DNA of 60,044 bases, filler included, from an uncultured bacterium (GTDB lineage Bacteria; DAOPZR01): NCBI GenBank assembly GCA_964637655.1. It is 4 parts of 4 records of this genome, joined end to end, with 100 filler letters (N's around TTAATTAATTAA, not from the genome) between each part and the next. Parts side by side here need not be neighbours in the genome. Positions count along the whole stretch, not along the records: positions 15,079 to 30,037 come from CAZWUZ010000061.1; 3 more parts are not named here. One strand, written 5' to 3'. The notes beneath the pieces were generated by a model. That model had not been told where the DNA came from, made no database searches, and saw only the letters and a list, made by a program, of their open reading frames with translations. Position 1 is the first letter of the stretch, and every line of letters begins with the position of its first letter. This document shows, one piece after another, positions 18,990-27,787 of the stretch. Position numbers and translations under genes: made by a program.

Positions 18990-19475
18990 ATGCGACAGTT
19001 GCTGGTAGTGATAGTGAGTATGCTATGCGCGGTGGTGCTGCTGGCCGGCTGCGGCGGCGAAGCGGGAAACAATGACCGTGATGCTCGCGGCGCGGCGGAC
19101 CGGCCCGGTGAGCGTGGCGGGGCATCGGGCCAGCGTGGCGGCAACTGGCAGCAGGAAATGCGCGCCAGCATTCAGGCCGCGCAGGTGCCGCTGGCCGACG
19201 CCATCGCCACCGCTGCGACGCAGGTGGCCGGCCCGGTGGTGGGCGCCCGCCTGCAGGGCGGTGAAAACGGTCCGGTCTGGTCGGTGCAGGTGATGGCGGA
19301 TACCATGTTCTACGCGGTCGAGGTGAGCGCGACGAATGGCGAGGTGCTGTCGGTTGGTCCTGCCCAAATGCGCGCCCCGCGCGGCCGTGGCAACGGCGGC
19401 GAACGCGATGGGGACGGGGAACGCGGCAACCGCGGGAATCGCGGCAATCGCGACCGCGGCAATCGCGGCAACTGA
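18990..19475 (+). CDS. PepSY-domain lipoprotein with RG/N-rich tail
   Basis: Lipobox LAGC; PepSY-like LADAIATA...V.A.NGEVL; AGGAGG RBS. Confidence 0.75.
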   Translation: MRQLLVVIVSMLCAVVLLAGCGGEAGNNDRDARGAADRPGERGGASGQRGGNWQQEMRASIQAAQVPLADAIATAATQVAGPVVGARLQGGENGPVWSVQVMADTMFYAVEVSATNGEVLSVGPAQMRAPRGRGNGGERDGDGERGNRGNRGNRDRGNRGN

Positions 19476-19528
19476 CCGCCTCCGGCGGTTGACGGAGCGG
19501 CGGCCGGTATGCTACATTCCGCAGCGAC

Positions 19529-19605
19529 GGGCGCCTAGCTCAGCTGGTTAGAGCGCTGCTCTCACACGGCAGAGGTCACTGGTTCGAGTCCAGTGGCGCC
19601 CACCA
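19529..19605 (+). tRNA. tRNA-Val (anticodon CAC)
   Basis: Cloverleaf: GGGCGCC/GGCGCCC acceptor stem, CTGCT-CTCACAC-GGCAG anticodon arm, GGTTCGAGTCC T-arm, encoded CCA. Confidence 0.97.
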
Positions 19606-19679
19606 TACGCAGCGTGAGCCGCCGCGCGGCCCGGAAGGGCGGCGCGGCATGCTATTTTCCGGAACGCTGCGGCGGTGGG

Positions 19680-19806
19680 CAGTGGCACCCACCAGTAGTT
19701 ATGAAGATTACCGACGGAGAGCCTGTTTTTTCGTCGGTTTTTCTTTTGCCGAGTGTTTCCGGGTTTTTCCCTTCTTATCCTCGAAAGTTGTCCCCAAGTT
19801 GTCCCC
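19680..19806 (+). mobile_element. Putative att-site remnant (tRNA 3'-end duplicate plus tandem arm-like repeats)
   Basis: CAGTGGCACCCACCA (19680-19694) matches the tRNA 3' end at 14/15; AAGTTGTCCCC x2 at 19785-19806. Confidence 0.5.
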
Positions 19807-19884
19807 GAATTTTGACGGGGTTGGGCGGGGCATACACGCGAGAATCCTTGGTATAGAGTAACCATTCAGTCGGTTACGGTATTT

Positions 19885-19990
19885 TCCCTCTCCCGCTGGG
19901 AGAGGAAGCCGCGAAGCGGCAGGTGAGGGCAGACACGGCCGGACGTATCCCCTCGATGCTGTGCGCCGTCCTCTCCCCAAGGAGAGGGGA
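19885..19990. repeat. CCCTCTCCC/GGGAGAGG palindromic REP-like element
   Basis: TCCCTCTCCCGCTGGGAGAGG...GGTGAGGG...CCTCTCCCCAAGGAGAGGGGA. Confidence 0.7.
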
Positions 19991-20284
19991 CTGATTGGCT
20001 GACAGAATAGTTACGTTATAGAAGAGATTCCGTATTGGGCAATGCTCTGGGGGGACCCAACAGATAGGTGTTCATCAATAGCGATAATGGCGACCATTGT
20101 CGCGACCTGCGGGTAACGGCGCGCTAACCCCGGCCAAGCGCGCCGCCGTGTTCGATGGGTTCTCTCAGGACACACATAGCCCTATCCGGCCCACCTACTT
20201 GACACCACTCAAGCAGCATAGTAAAAACATATTAGTTATGAAGATTGTTTATATGCTGACTAATATGATTGCGGGGGATGCTCT

Positions 20285-22015
20285 ATGCAACTTCAAGAAT
20301 TAGAAGATATTGTTCGAGCATTGAGGTCGACGAATAGTGATGATTCACACATAGAAGCTAAGCTCGCCAAGGGCGGACTGCCGAAGCGGCTATGGGAGAC
20401 CATTTCGGCATTCTCCAACACTTCAGGTGGGGGTGTCATCATCCTCGGAATTGAGGAAACGGAAGGCAAGGTCGATGTCATCGGCGTCACTAACCCGGCT
20501 AAATTCCAGGCCGACCTTGCGAGCGTCTGCGACCAGATGGAGCCGCCGGTTCGGGCTCTGATTGAAGTCCACGAATATCAGGGGGTGCAACTGGTCACCG
20601 CGGAAATCCCCGAGGTGGATTACAGAGCGAAGCCTTGCTTCTACAAGGGGTCGGGGATGGTCTCGGGGTCGTTCATCCGGGTGTTCGACGGCGACCGGCA
20701 GCTGACCCAGTACGAGGTTCAGGGCTATCTCGACGGGCGCGGCCAGCCGCAGTACGATATCGCCCCCGTACCCGATGCCGGCGAGGAGAGTCTGAGCAAG
20801 GAGCTGGTCGCTGCGTTCCTCGCCCGGGTGCGTCGCAATGCGGACAAGTACGCGGGCTGGGACGACCGAAAGATATTGCGCACCCATCGCGTGATAGCCG
20901 AACACGAGGGGCGAATCGTCCCGACCCTGGCGGGGCTGCTCTGCTGCGGCAGCTACCCGCAGGAGTTCTTCCCGAGCCTGACCATGCATGTCCTGGCGTA
21001 TCCTACGCGCACCGAGGGCCAGACCGGCGACCGCGGCGAGCGCCTGGTCGACAACCAGAAAATAGAGGGGCCGTTGCCGGCGATGATTGCGGAAGCGCTG
21101 CGGATTATCAAGCGGAACATCCAGAAGGGCCGACTGGTCAAGGGCATGCTCGGCGACGACCTGCTCGAGTATCCCGAGGACTTCATCCGCGAGGCGCTGG
21201 TGAACGCCGTCGGCCATCGGGACTATCAGCCGCTCGCCCGCGGCAGCGCGGTACAGGTCAAGCTGTTTCCTGACCGGATGGAGATTGCCAATCCCGGAGG
21301 ACTGTTCGGGCTGGTCACCACCGACCGGCTTGGCGAGCAGGGACTGCAGGCGACCCGCAACAGCCACCTGATGAAGATGCTCGAGGACATGCCGGTGCCG
21401 GGCGAGGACCGTGTCCTGTGCGAGAACCGCGGGACGGGAATCCTCACCATGCTGCAGGCGCTGCGCAAGGCGGGGATGGAGCCGCCACAGTTCCGGGATT
21501 CCCGCACGCAGTTTTTCGTGGTCTGCACGAACCACACCATGCTGGACCGCGACACCCTGGCGTGGCTGGCGCAGTTCGCCGGAGAGAAACTCAGCGACGC
21601 GCAGCGGGCTGCGCTGGCGTTCGTCCGGCATCGGGAACGGATTACCAACCCCGAATACTGCCGCCTGAACGAGTGCGATTCGCGGGCCGCTGGCAGGGAG
21701 TTGGCCGGCCTGGTCGAGAAGCGGCTGCTGAAACCGATGAGCGCCAGACGCTGGGCGCACTACGTGCTGGCCGTCCCCGCTGCCATCGGCGTTGTCCCGC
21801 CGGCAACGGGGAGGCGGAAGGACCGAAGCACCGATATACTCGCGTTCCTGCGAATCAAGAAGGTGGCATCTACCAGGGAAATTGCCGTGGCGCTCGGCTT
21901 GGCGCTTCCGGCGACATACTACTGGCTGCGGAAAACAGTGAAGGCCGGCCAGGTGAAACCAACTACGGCAGCGGTCCGGTCGCCTAACGTGAAATATAAG
22001 CTTACCGGCCGATAA
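20285..22015 (+). CDS. AlbA_2 (Schlafen-like) + HATPase_c_4 + winged-HTH protein (RecG-like ATP-binding/transcriptional regulator family)
   Basis: IEAK..., TISAFSNTSGGGVIILG, REALVNAVGHRDY, RN..L, ENRGTGI, C-terminal HTH. Confidence 0.88.
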   Translation: MQLQELEDIVRALRSTNSDDSHIEAKLAKGGLPKRLWETISAFSNTSGGGVIILGIEETEGKVDVIGVTNPAKFQADLASVCDQMEPPVRALIEVHEYQGVQLVTAEIPEVDYRAKPCFYKGSGMVSGSFIRVFDGDRQLTQYEVQGYLDGRGQPQYDIAPVPDAGEESLSKELVAAFLARVRRNADKYAGWDDRKILRTHRVIAEHEGRIVPTLAGLLCCGSYPQEFFPSLTMHVLAYPTRTEGQTGDRGERLVDNQKIEGPLPAMIAEALRIIKRNIQKGRLVKGMLGDDLLEYPEDFIREALVNAVGHRDYQPLARGSAVQVKLFPDRMEIANPGGLFGLVTTDRLGEQGLQATRNSHLMKMLEDMPVPGEDRVLCENRGTGILTMLQALRKAGMEPPQFRDSRTQFFVVCTNHTMLDRDTLAWLAQFAGEKLSDAQRAALAFVRHRERITNPEYCRLNECDSRAAGRELAGLVEKRLLKPMSARRWAHYVLAVPAAIGVVPPATGRRKDRSTDILAFLRIKKVASTREIAVALGLALPATYYWLRKTVKAGQVKPTTAAVRSPNVKYKLTGR

Positions 22016-22317
22016 GTCGCGTCTCTGCCCCGGTCGGGTTGCCGCGGCCCGGCGGGTTATCCGGCGGGAGAGCGGCGCGGACGGCGGGCGGAAGTTTCTG
22101 TTTCTTGCGTTCTCGAGTAGGCCCCGCCTATCGTTCTGATGCCCTGTGGAAAATCACGCATTAGAAGCAATATGGCGCACGAACAGGACGGGGTCTGACC
22201 TGGGAACATCGCCCTGATTTGAGGGGGAAACACAGAGGCGTGAAGCAGAACTGCCTTCGACGAGTCACAGCGGCTAACAGTGCGCTCTCGCGCGAGAATA
22301 ACGCATGCAACTGATGG

Positions 22318-23448
22318 TCAGACGACGCTGGTTAGCGCGTCAAGGGTTTTCTCCTGGAAGCGCTCGATAGTGAACTGTTCCTGCCAGCGCGCGTGCCCCT
22401 GACGGGCAAGGCGCGCGCGTAGCTCCGTATCCGTCAGCAGGCGCTGCAGCGCCGCGGCCAGCGCGGCCGGGTCGGCGGGCGGCACCAGCAACCCGTTATC
22501 CCCGTCGGTGATGATTTCCGGTATGCCACCGGTGCTGCTCGCCACCACGGCCCGCTGCGCGGCCATGGATTCGGTGATAACCCGCCCGAAGGCCTCCCAG
22601 CGTGAGGGCACAGCAACGACATCACAGGTGCACAGCACGGTGCCGATGTCGCGCCGCGCGGAGAGCATAATGACGCGCCCGGGCGGCAGGGTGGCGGCCT
22701 GCGCCTGCAGGGCCTCAGCGTCGGGGCCGTTGCCGACGAGCAGCGCCCGCCAGGGAAGTTCCGGCGGGAGCAGCGCGAGTGCCGCCAGCAGCACATCCGC
22801 CCCCTTGTGGGTGGTCAGACGCGCGAGCATGCCGATAACCGGCTCACCCGGAGCGATACCCAGTTCGCCGCGCAGGTCGCCCGAACCGACGGGCAGCGCG
22901 CTGCCGTTATGGATGACGGTAAAACGCGACAGCGGCAGTCCGCACTGCGCGGCGGTGTCTCTGGCAATGTCATGCGAGATGGCAATGAGCGCGTCAGCCG
23001 CACGCAGGCGGCGGCGGTAGACCAGCGCCGGCAGGCCGGCGGTGCGCCGCCCGCTGCTGTCGAAATTCACGTAGTCATGGATGGTGCTGATCCAGCAACA
23101 GCCAAGCCGTCGCGCGACCAGTCCGCCATGCCAGTCGGCATTGCGGATATGCGTGTGGATGATGTCGGGACGGAACTCGCGCGCGACGGCCAGCAACTGC
23201 TGCTGCGCACTGAGTGAAAACTTGTTGTCGAGGTCGAGTTCCGTCACGCTGATGCCGGCAGCGCGCAATTCGTCCGGGACGGGGCCGCCGGGGCGGATAA
23301 CGACGTGCACGGCGAAATGCGGGTCCCGGTGCAGCGCGGCTGCCACCTGCGCGGTATGCACGACACTCCCGCCGTAGCCGGAAGTGCCCTGCACCTCGAG
23401 GACGCGGATGACACGCGTTGGTGATGACGGACTGCCGTTGCCACTCAT
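22318..23448 (-). CDS. Glycosyltransferase family 4
   Basis: ARLTTHKG, PSRWEAFGRVITESMA, GGIPEII. Confidence 0.9.
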   Translation of the reverse strand: MSGNGSPSSPTRVIRVLEVQGTSGYGGSVVHTAQVAAALHRDPHFAVHVVIRPGGPVPDELRAAGISVTELDLDNKFSLSAQQQLLAVAREFRPDIIHTHIRNADWHGGLVARRLGCCWISTIHDYVNFDSSGRRTAGLPALVYRRRLRAADALIAISHDIARDTAAQCGLPLSRFTVIHNGSALPVGSGDLRGELGIAPGEPVIGMLARLTTHKGADVLLAALALLPPELPWRALLVGNGPDAEALQAQAATLPPGRVIMLSARRDIGTVLCTCDVVAVPSRWEAFGRVITESMAAQRAVVASSTGGIPEIITDGDNGLLVPPADPAALAAALQRLLTDTELRARLARQGHARWQEQFTIERFQEKTLDALTSVV

Positions 23449-23489
23449 GCGCGTGACTATACCATACCGCAGCGACGACGGACAACGGC

Positions 23490-23518
23490 TTGCATTGCGC
23501 CCCCCGCCTAACTATAAT
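23490..23518 (+). promoter_or_regulatory. Sigma70 promoter for valS
   Basis: TTGCAT-17nt-TATAAT. Confidence 0.65.
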
Positions 23519-23546
23519 GCCCGCCGACGTGCACAAGGAGAACATC

Positions 23547-26168
23547 ATGGAACTGCCGAAGGCCTATACCCCCGGCGAACTGGAACAGCGCTGGTATGCC
23601 GAGTGGGAAAAACAGGACTATTTTGCCGCCAAACTCGACGGGCGTGAGATGTATTGCATCGTCATCCCCCCACCGAACGTGACGGGCGCGCTGCACCTCG
23701 GGCATGCGCTGAACAACACGCTGCAGGATATCCTCATCCGCTACAACCGGATGGACGGCAAAGACGTGCTTTGGGTGCCGGGGACGGACCATGCCGGCAT
23801 CGCCACGCAGAACGTTGTCGAGCGGCAGCTCAAGAGCGAGGGCAAAACCCGCCACGACCTCGGGCGCGAGCAGTTTCTCGAGCGCGTCTGGGACTGGAAA
23901 AAGCAGTACGGCAGCCGCATCATCAGCCAGCTCAAGACGCTCGGCTGCTCCTGCGACTGGTCGCGCGAGCGCTTCACCATGGACGAGGGACTGTCACGCG
24001 CGGTGCGCAAGGTCTTCATCGACCTCCATCGCGAGGGGCTCATCTACCGCGACCGCTACATCATCAACTGGTGCCCGCGCTGCCACACCGCGCTCTCCGA
24101 TGTCGAGGTGGAGCACAAGGAGCGCAAGGGGAGTTTCTGGCATATCAGGTACCCGCGCAGCGACGGCAAGGGGCATGTCGTCGTCGCCACCACGCGCCCC
24201 GAGACCATGCTGGGCGATACCGCGGTGGCGGTGCATCCCGAGGACGAGCGGTATGCCGACCTCATCGGCAAAACGGTTATCCTGCCGCTGCTCAACCGCG
24301 CACTGCCGGTCATCGCCGACAAGTATGTCGACCCGGCGTTCGGCACGGGCATCGTCAAGATCACCCCGGGCCATGACCCGAACGACTTCCTCATCGGGCG
24401 GCGGCACAACCTGCCGCTGATCAACATCCTCAACGACGACGCCACGCTCAATGACGAGGCAGGGCCCTACGCCGGGCTGAAATGCCAGGAGGCGCGCAAG
24501 CGCGTGCTGGCCGACCTCGAGGCGCAGGATCTGCTGGAGAAAACCGAGGCGCATGTGCATCAGGTGGGCGAATGCTACCGCTGCGCGACGACGGTGGAAC
24601 CCTACACGGGGAAGAAACAGTGGTTCGTGAAGATGGCACCGCTGGCGGAACCGGCCATCAAAGCGGTCGAGGACGGGCGCATCGTCTTCCACCCCGACAA
24701 CTGGAAAAATCTCTATTTCGAGTGGATGCGCAACACGCGCGACTGGTGCATCTCGCGGCAGATCTGGTGGGGGCACCGCATCCCCGCGTGGTACTGCAGC
24801 TGCGGCGAGATCATCGTGGCGGAAGAAGCGCCGCCGGCCTGCCCGCAGTGTGGCGGCACGGCCCTCGAGCAGGACACCGACGTGCTCGATACGTGGTTCT
24901 CGTCGGCGCTCTGGCCCTTCTCGACCATGGGGTGGCCGGACAAGACGCCCGAACTGGCGAAGTTCTATCCCAACTCCGTCCTCTCGACCGCGTTCGACAT
25001 CATCTATTTCTGGGTCGCGCGCATGATCGTCATGGGACTGCACTTCATGCAGGAAGTGCCGTTCAAGGACGTCTATATCCACGCGCTCATCCGCACGGCC
25101 ACCGGCGAAAAAATGAGCAAGTCGTCGGGGAATCAGATCGATCCGATCGACATGATCGACAGGTACGGCTGTGACGCGCTGCGTTTCACCCTTGCGGCGC
25201 TGGCGGCACAGGGGCGTGATATCCGCCTCTCGGAGGAGCGCATCGAGGGGTACCGCCATTTCGTCAACAAGTTGTGGAACGCCTCGCGCTTCGCGCTGAT
25301 GAACGGGGTGGCGGAGGCGGGCCCGCTCGACCGCAGTGCGCTGGCGCCTGAGGACCACTGGCTGCTGGCACAACTCGATGAGACCATCGCGCTGGTGCGC
25401 AAAAGCATCGAGTCGTACCGCTTCAACGACTACGGCAAGGCGCTCTACGATTTTACCTGGCACAAACTCTGCGACTGGTACCTGGAAATGGCCAAGCCGC
25501 GGCTGACGGGGGGGGACGCGCAGCAGGCGGCGACGGTGCGCGCGGTGCTCAAACACGTGCTCAAGCGGACGCTCGAACTGCTGCATCCGGCCATGCCGTT
25601 CGTCACGGAGGAAATCTGGCAGAAGCTGCGCACACCTGACGAGGCGGCGCATATCATGGTCGCGTCCTTTCCGCGGGTGACGGGCGGGCATGACGCGGCG
25701 GCAGTGGCGCGGGTGACGCGCCTGCAGGAGATCATCGGCGCGGTGCGCACCATTCGCGGCGAGATGGGAATCGAGCCGAAGCAGGAAATCGCGATGGTGG
25801 TCGAAGCCACGGCCGCCGACCAGTCCATCATCGACGCGGGGGCGGCACATTTCCGCCACCTGGCAAAGGTGACAACCATCGACCGCTTCGCGGGGGGCGA
25901 TCCGCCGCGCCCGGCGGCCGCGGCGGCGCTTACGGGACTGCGCCTGTGGATCCCGCTGGCAGGGATTATCGATCTGGACAAGGAACGCGCGCGGCTGACC
26001 AAGGAGAAGGACAAGCTCGTGCAGTACACCGCGAGCATTGACAAAAAACTGTCCAACCAGTCGTACGTGAGCCATGCCCCGGCGGAGGTGGTCGACGGTG
26101 ACCGCGCGCGCCTCGCGGAGGCACAGGCGCGCATCGCCGTGCTCGACGGCTACCTCGCGGCGTTGTGA
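23547..26168 (+). CDS. valS: Valine--tRNA ligase
   Basis: PPPNVTGALHLGH, DWCISRQIWWGHRIP, DTWFSS, KMSKS, C-terminal coiled coil; AAGGAG RBS. Confidence 0.98.
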   Translation: MELPKAYTPGELEQRWYAEWEKQDYFAAKLDGREMYCIVIPPPNVTGALHLGHALNNTLQDILIRYNRMDGKDVLWVPGTDHAGIATQNVVERQLKSEGKTRHDLGREQFLERVWDWKKQYGSRIISQLKTLGCSCDWSRERFTMDEGLSRAVRKVFIDLHREGLIYRDRYIINWCPRCHTALSDVEVEHKERKGSFWHIRYPRSDGKGHVVVATTRPETMLGDTAVAVHPEDERYADLIGKTVILPLLNRALPVIADKYVDPAFGTGIVKITPGHDPNDFLIGRRHNLPLINILNDDATLNDEAGPYAGLKCQEARKRVLADLEAQDLLEKTEAHVHQVGECYRCATTVEPYTGKKQWFVKMAPLAEPAIKAVEDGRIVFHPDNWKNLYFEWMRNTRDWCISRQIWWGHRIPAWYCSCGEIIVAEEAPPACPQCGGTALEQDTDVLDTWFSSALWPFSTMGWPDKTPELAKFYPNSVLSTAFDIIYFWVARMIVMGLHFMQEVPFKDVYIHALIRTATGEKMSKSSGNQIDPIDMIDRYGCDALRFTLAALAAQGRDIRLSEERIEGYRHFVNKLWNASRFALMNGVAEAGPLDRSALAPEDHWLLAQLDETIALVRKSIESYRFNDYGKALYDFTWHKLCDWYLEMAKPRLTGGDAQQAATVRAVLKHVLKRTLELLHPAMPFVTEEIWQKLRTPDEAAHIMVASFPRVTGGHDAAAVARVTRLQEIIGAVRTIRGEMGIEPKQEIAMVVEATAADQSIIDAGAAHFRHLAKVTTIDRFAGGDPPRPAAAAALTGLRLWIPLAGIIDLDKERARLTKEKDKLVQYTASIDKKLSNQSYVSHAPAEVVDGDRARLAEAQARIAVLDGYLAAL

Positions 26169-26170
26169 GG

Positions 26171-27606
26171 ATGGCCGTGCCGGAGGCGGCGTCCAGCCGG
26201 CGGAAACACCATCTGCTGGGCGGGGACCGGATGCAGCCATGNNNNNNNNNNCGGGCGCATGGTTTTCTCCGGCGATGCTGGTGCCGTGGCTGGCACTGGT
26301 CATGGTCATCCTGCCGCAGCTGCCCGTGCGCCTGGCCGGCTATGCCCTGCTCTGTGCCTGGATCATCCGCGACTGGCGCTGGGGCTTTCGCCTGATCCTT
26401 GCCGCCCTCCCTTTTTCCGAGGCAGGCACCTTCGAACTCTTTTTTACGCTGAAACCATTCCAGATTATCGCGGTTTTCCTGGTGCTGGCCCTGCTGCGCG
26501 CCTGGCGGGCCGGCTGCCTGCCGGCGCGGCGGCGTCTGCCGCTTGACCTGCTGCTGCTGCTGTTTATTGCCGCCATGCTCGTGTCATTGCCGAACAGCGA
26601 CCAGCTGCCGACCAGTCTGCGCCTGCTGGCGAATTACACCTCGCTGCTATTCGTCGCGCTGCTCTTTGCCGGCTGGTACCCGGCGGAAGAACTGCCAGCC
26701 ATACCGCGCTGGCTGCTCCCCGGCGCGGTCATCATGGCACCGGTGCAGGTGGTGTCACTGTTCGCGGAGTGGTACACCCGGAAAATGATCCCGTACACCG
26801 TTGCCGCCGGCGGCAGCGCCACGGGGGATTACCTCGTGTTCGTCATCCCGTTTCTGTTCCTGCTGCTGCGCCCCGCGCGCCTCGTCCGCTGGGCGTGGGC
26901 GGTACTGGTCGCGCTGCTGCTCTTCAACCTGCTGCTGACCTACAACCGCGGCTCGTGGGCGGCCATGCTCTTCATCGCCGGCTATGCCCTGCTGCGCCTG
27001 CGACTCCGGGCACTGAGGGTGTGGCAGTATCTGCTGTCGCTGGCCGTGGTTGGCATGGTGCTGCTGACCGCCGCGCTGGCCTGGTCGCCCTATTTCCAGG
27101 GGTATCTCTACACGTATTTTTCACGGCGCATCAATCCGGTCTACCTTGCTTCCGGCGGCAACCGGCTCACCGTCCCGGCCGAACTTCCCGACCGCATGGC
27201 GTCCTCGGAGCACTGGCGACTCTACCTCTGGAAGCGGGTGGCCGGCGAATTCTTCGTGCCGCACTGGCTGCTTGGCAGCGGGGTGGGAAATATCGGCCTG
27301 CCGCATCATAATCCGCCGGCGCACAACAATGCGCTGCAGGTGGCCGGTGAGACCGGGCTCTTCGGGTTGACCGTGCTGGTACTGCTTTACCTGCGCGCTT
27401 ACCGCGGCCTGTGGCAGGTTTGGCGCGGCGGCGGTACGCACGCTTCGCTGGCGATGGCCTGCCTCGCCGCGCTCTCCGGACTGCTGGTCCACGGCTGCGT
27501 CGCCAACACGCTCGTGTTCGCGCAGCACTGGATCCTGCTGGCCATGGCCGCCGTGCTGGCCGCAACGGCGCCGGGAGCGCAATGGCAAGTATGTAAACAA
27601 AGATAA
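26171..27606 (+). CDS. O-antigen ligase family membrane protein (start uncertain; spans a 10-N gap)
   Basis: Multi-TM; TYNRGSW, R..LW, GSGVGN, AHNNALQVAGETGLFG motifs. Confidence 0.8.
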
Positions 27607-27787
27607 AAATGTATCTTTACGGTGCGACTAGTTTACTATATATTTCGCATAACACAAACGATAACTGCAATAGCTATGTGCGCGTATCGCGTTATATTAT
27701 ATAAGGTTATATAGAATATAGAATTAGTCACTTGATTTATCGTGTGATTGTGGTATATTGTCTGTAGATTGATGGCGAGGATGATCT

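Noticed and set aside
19420-19475. 9-bp repeats encoding RGNRGNRDRGN
   Set aside because: Ordinary low-complexity tail of the PepSY lipoprotein
23994-26309. Long antisense ORFs (e.g. 23994-26309, 30627-32666, 32819-34879, 45630-47927)
   Set aside because: Shadow ORFs opposite well-supported genes, expected in high-GC DNA; no recognisable motifs
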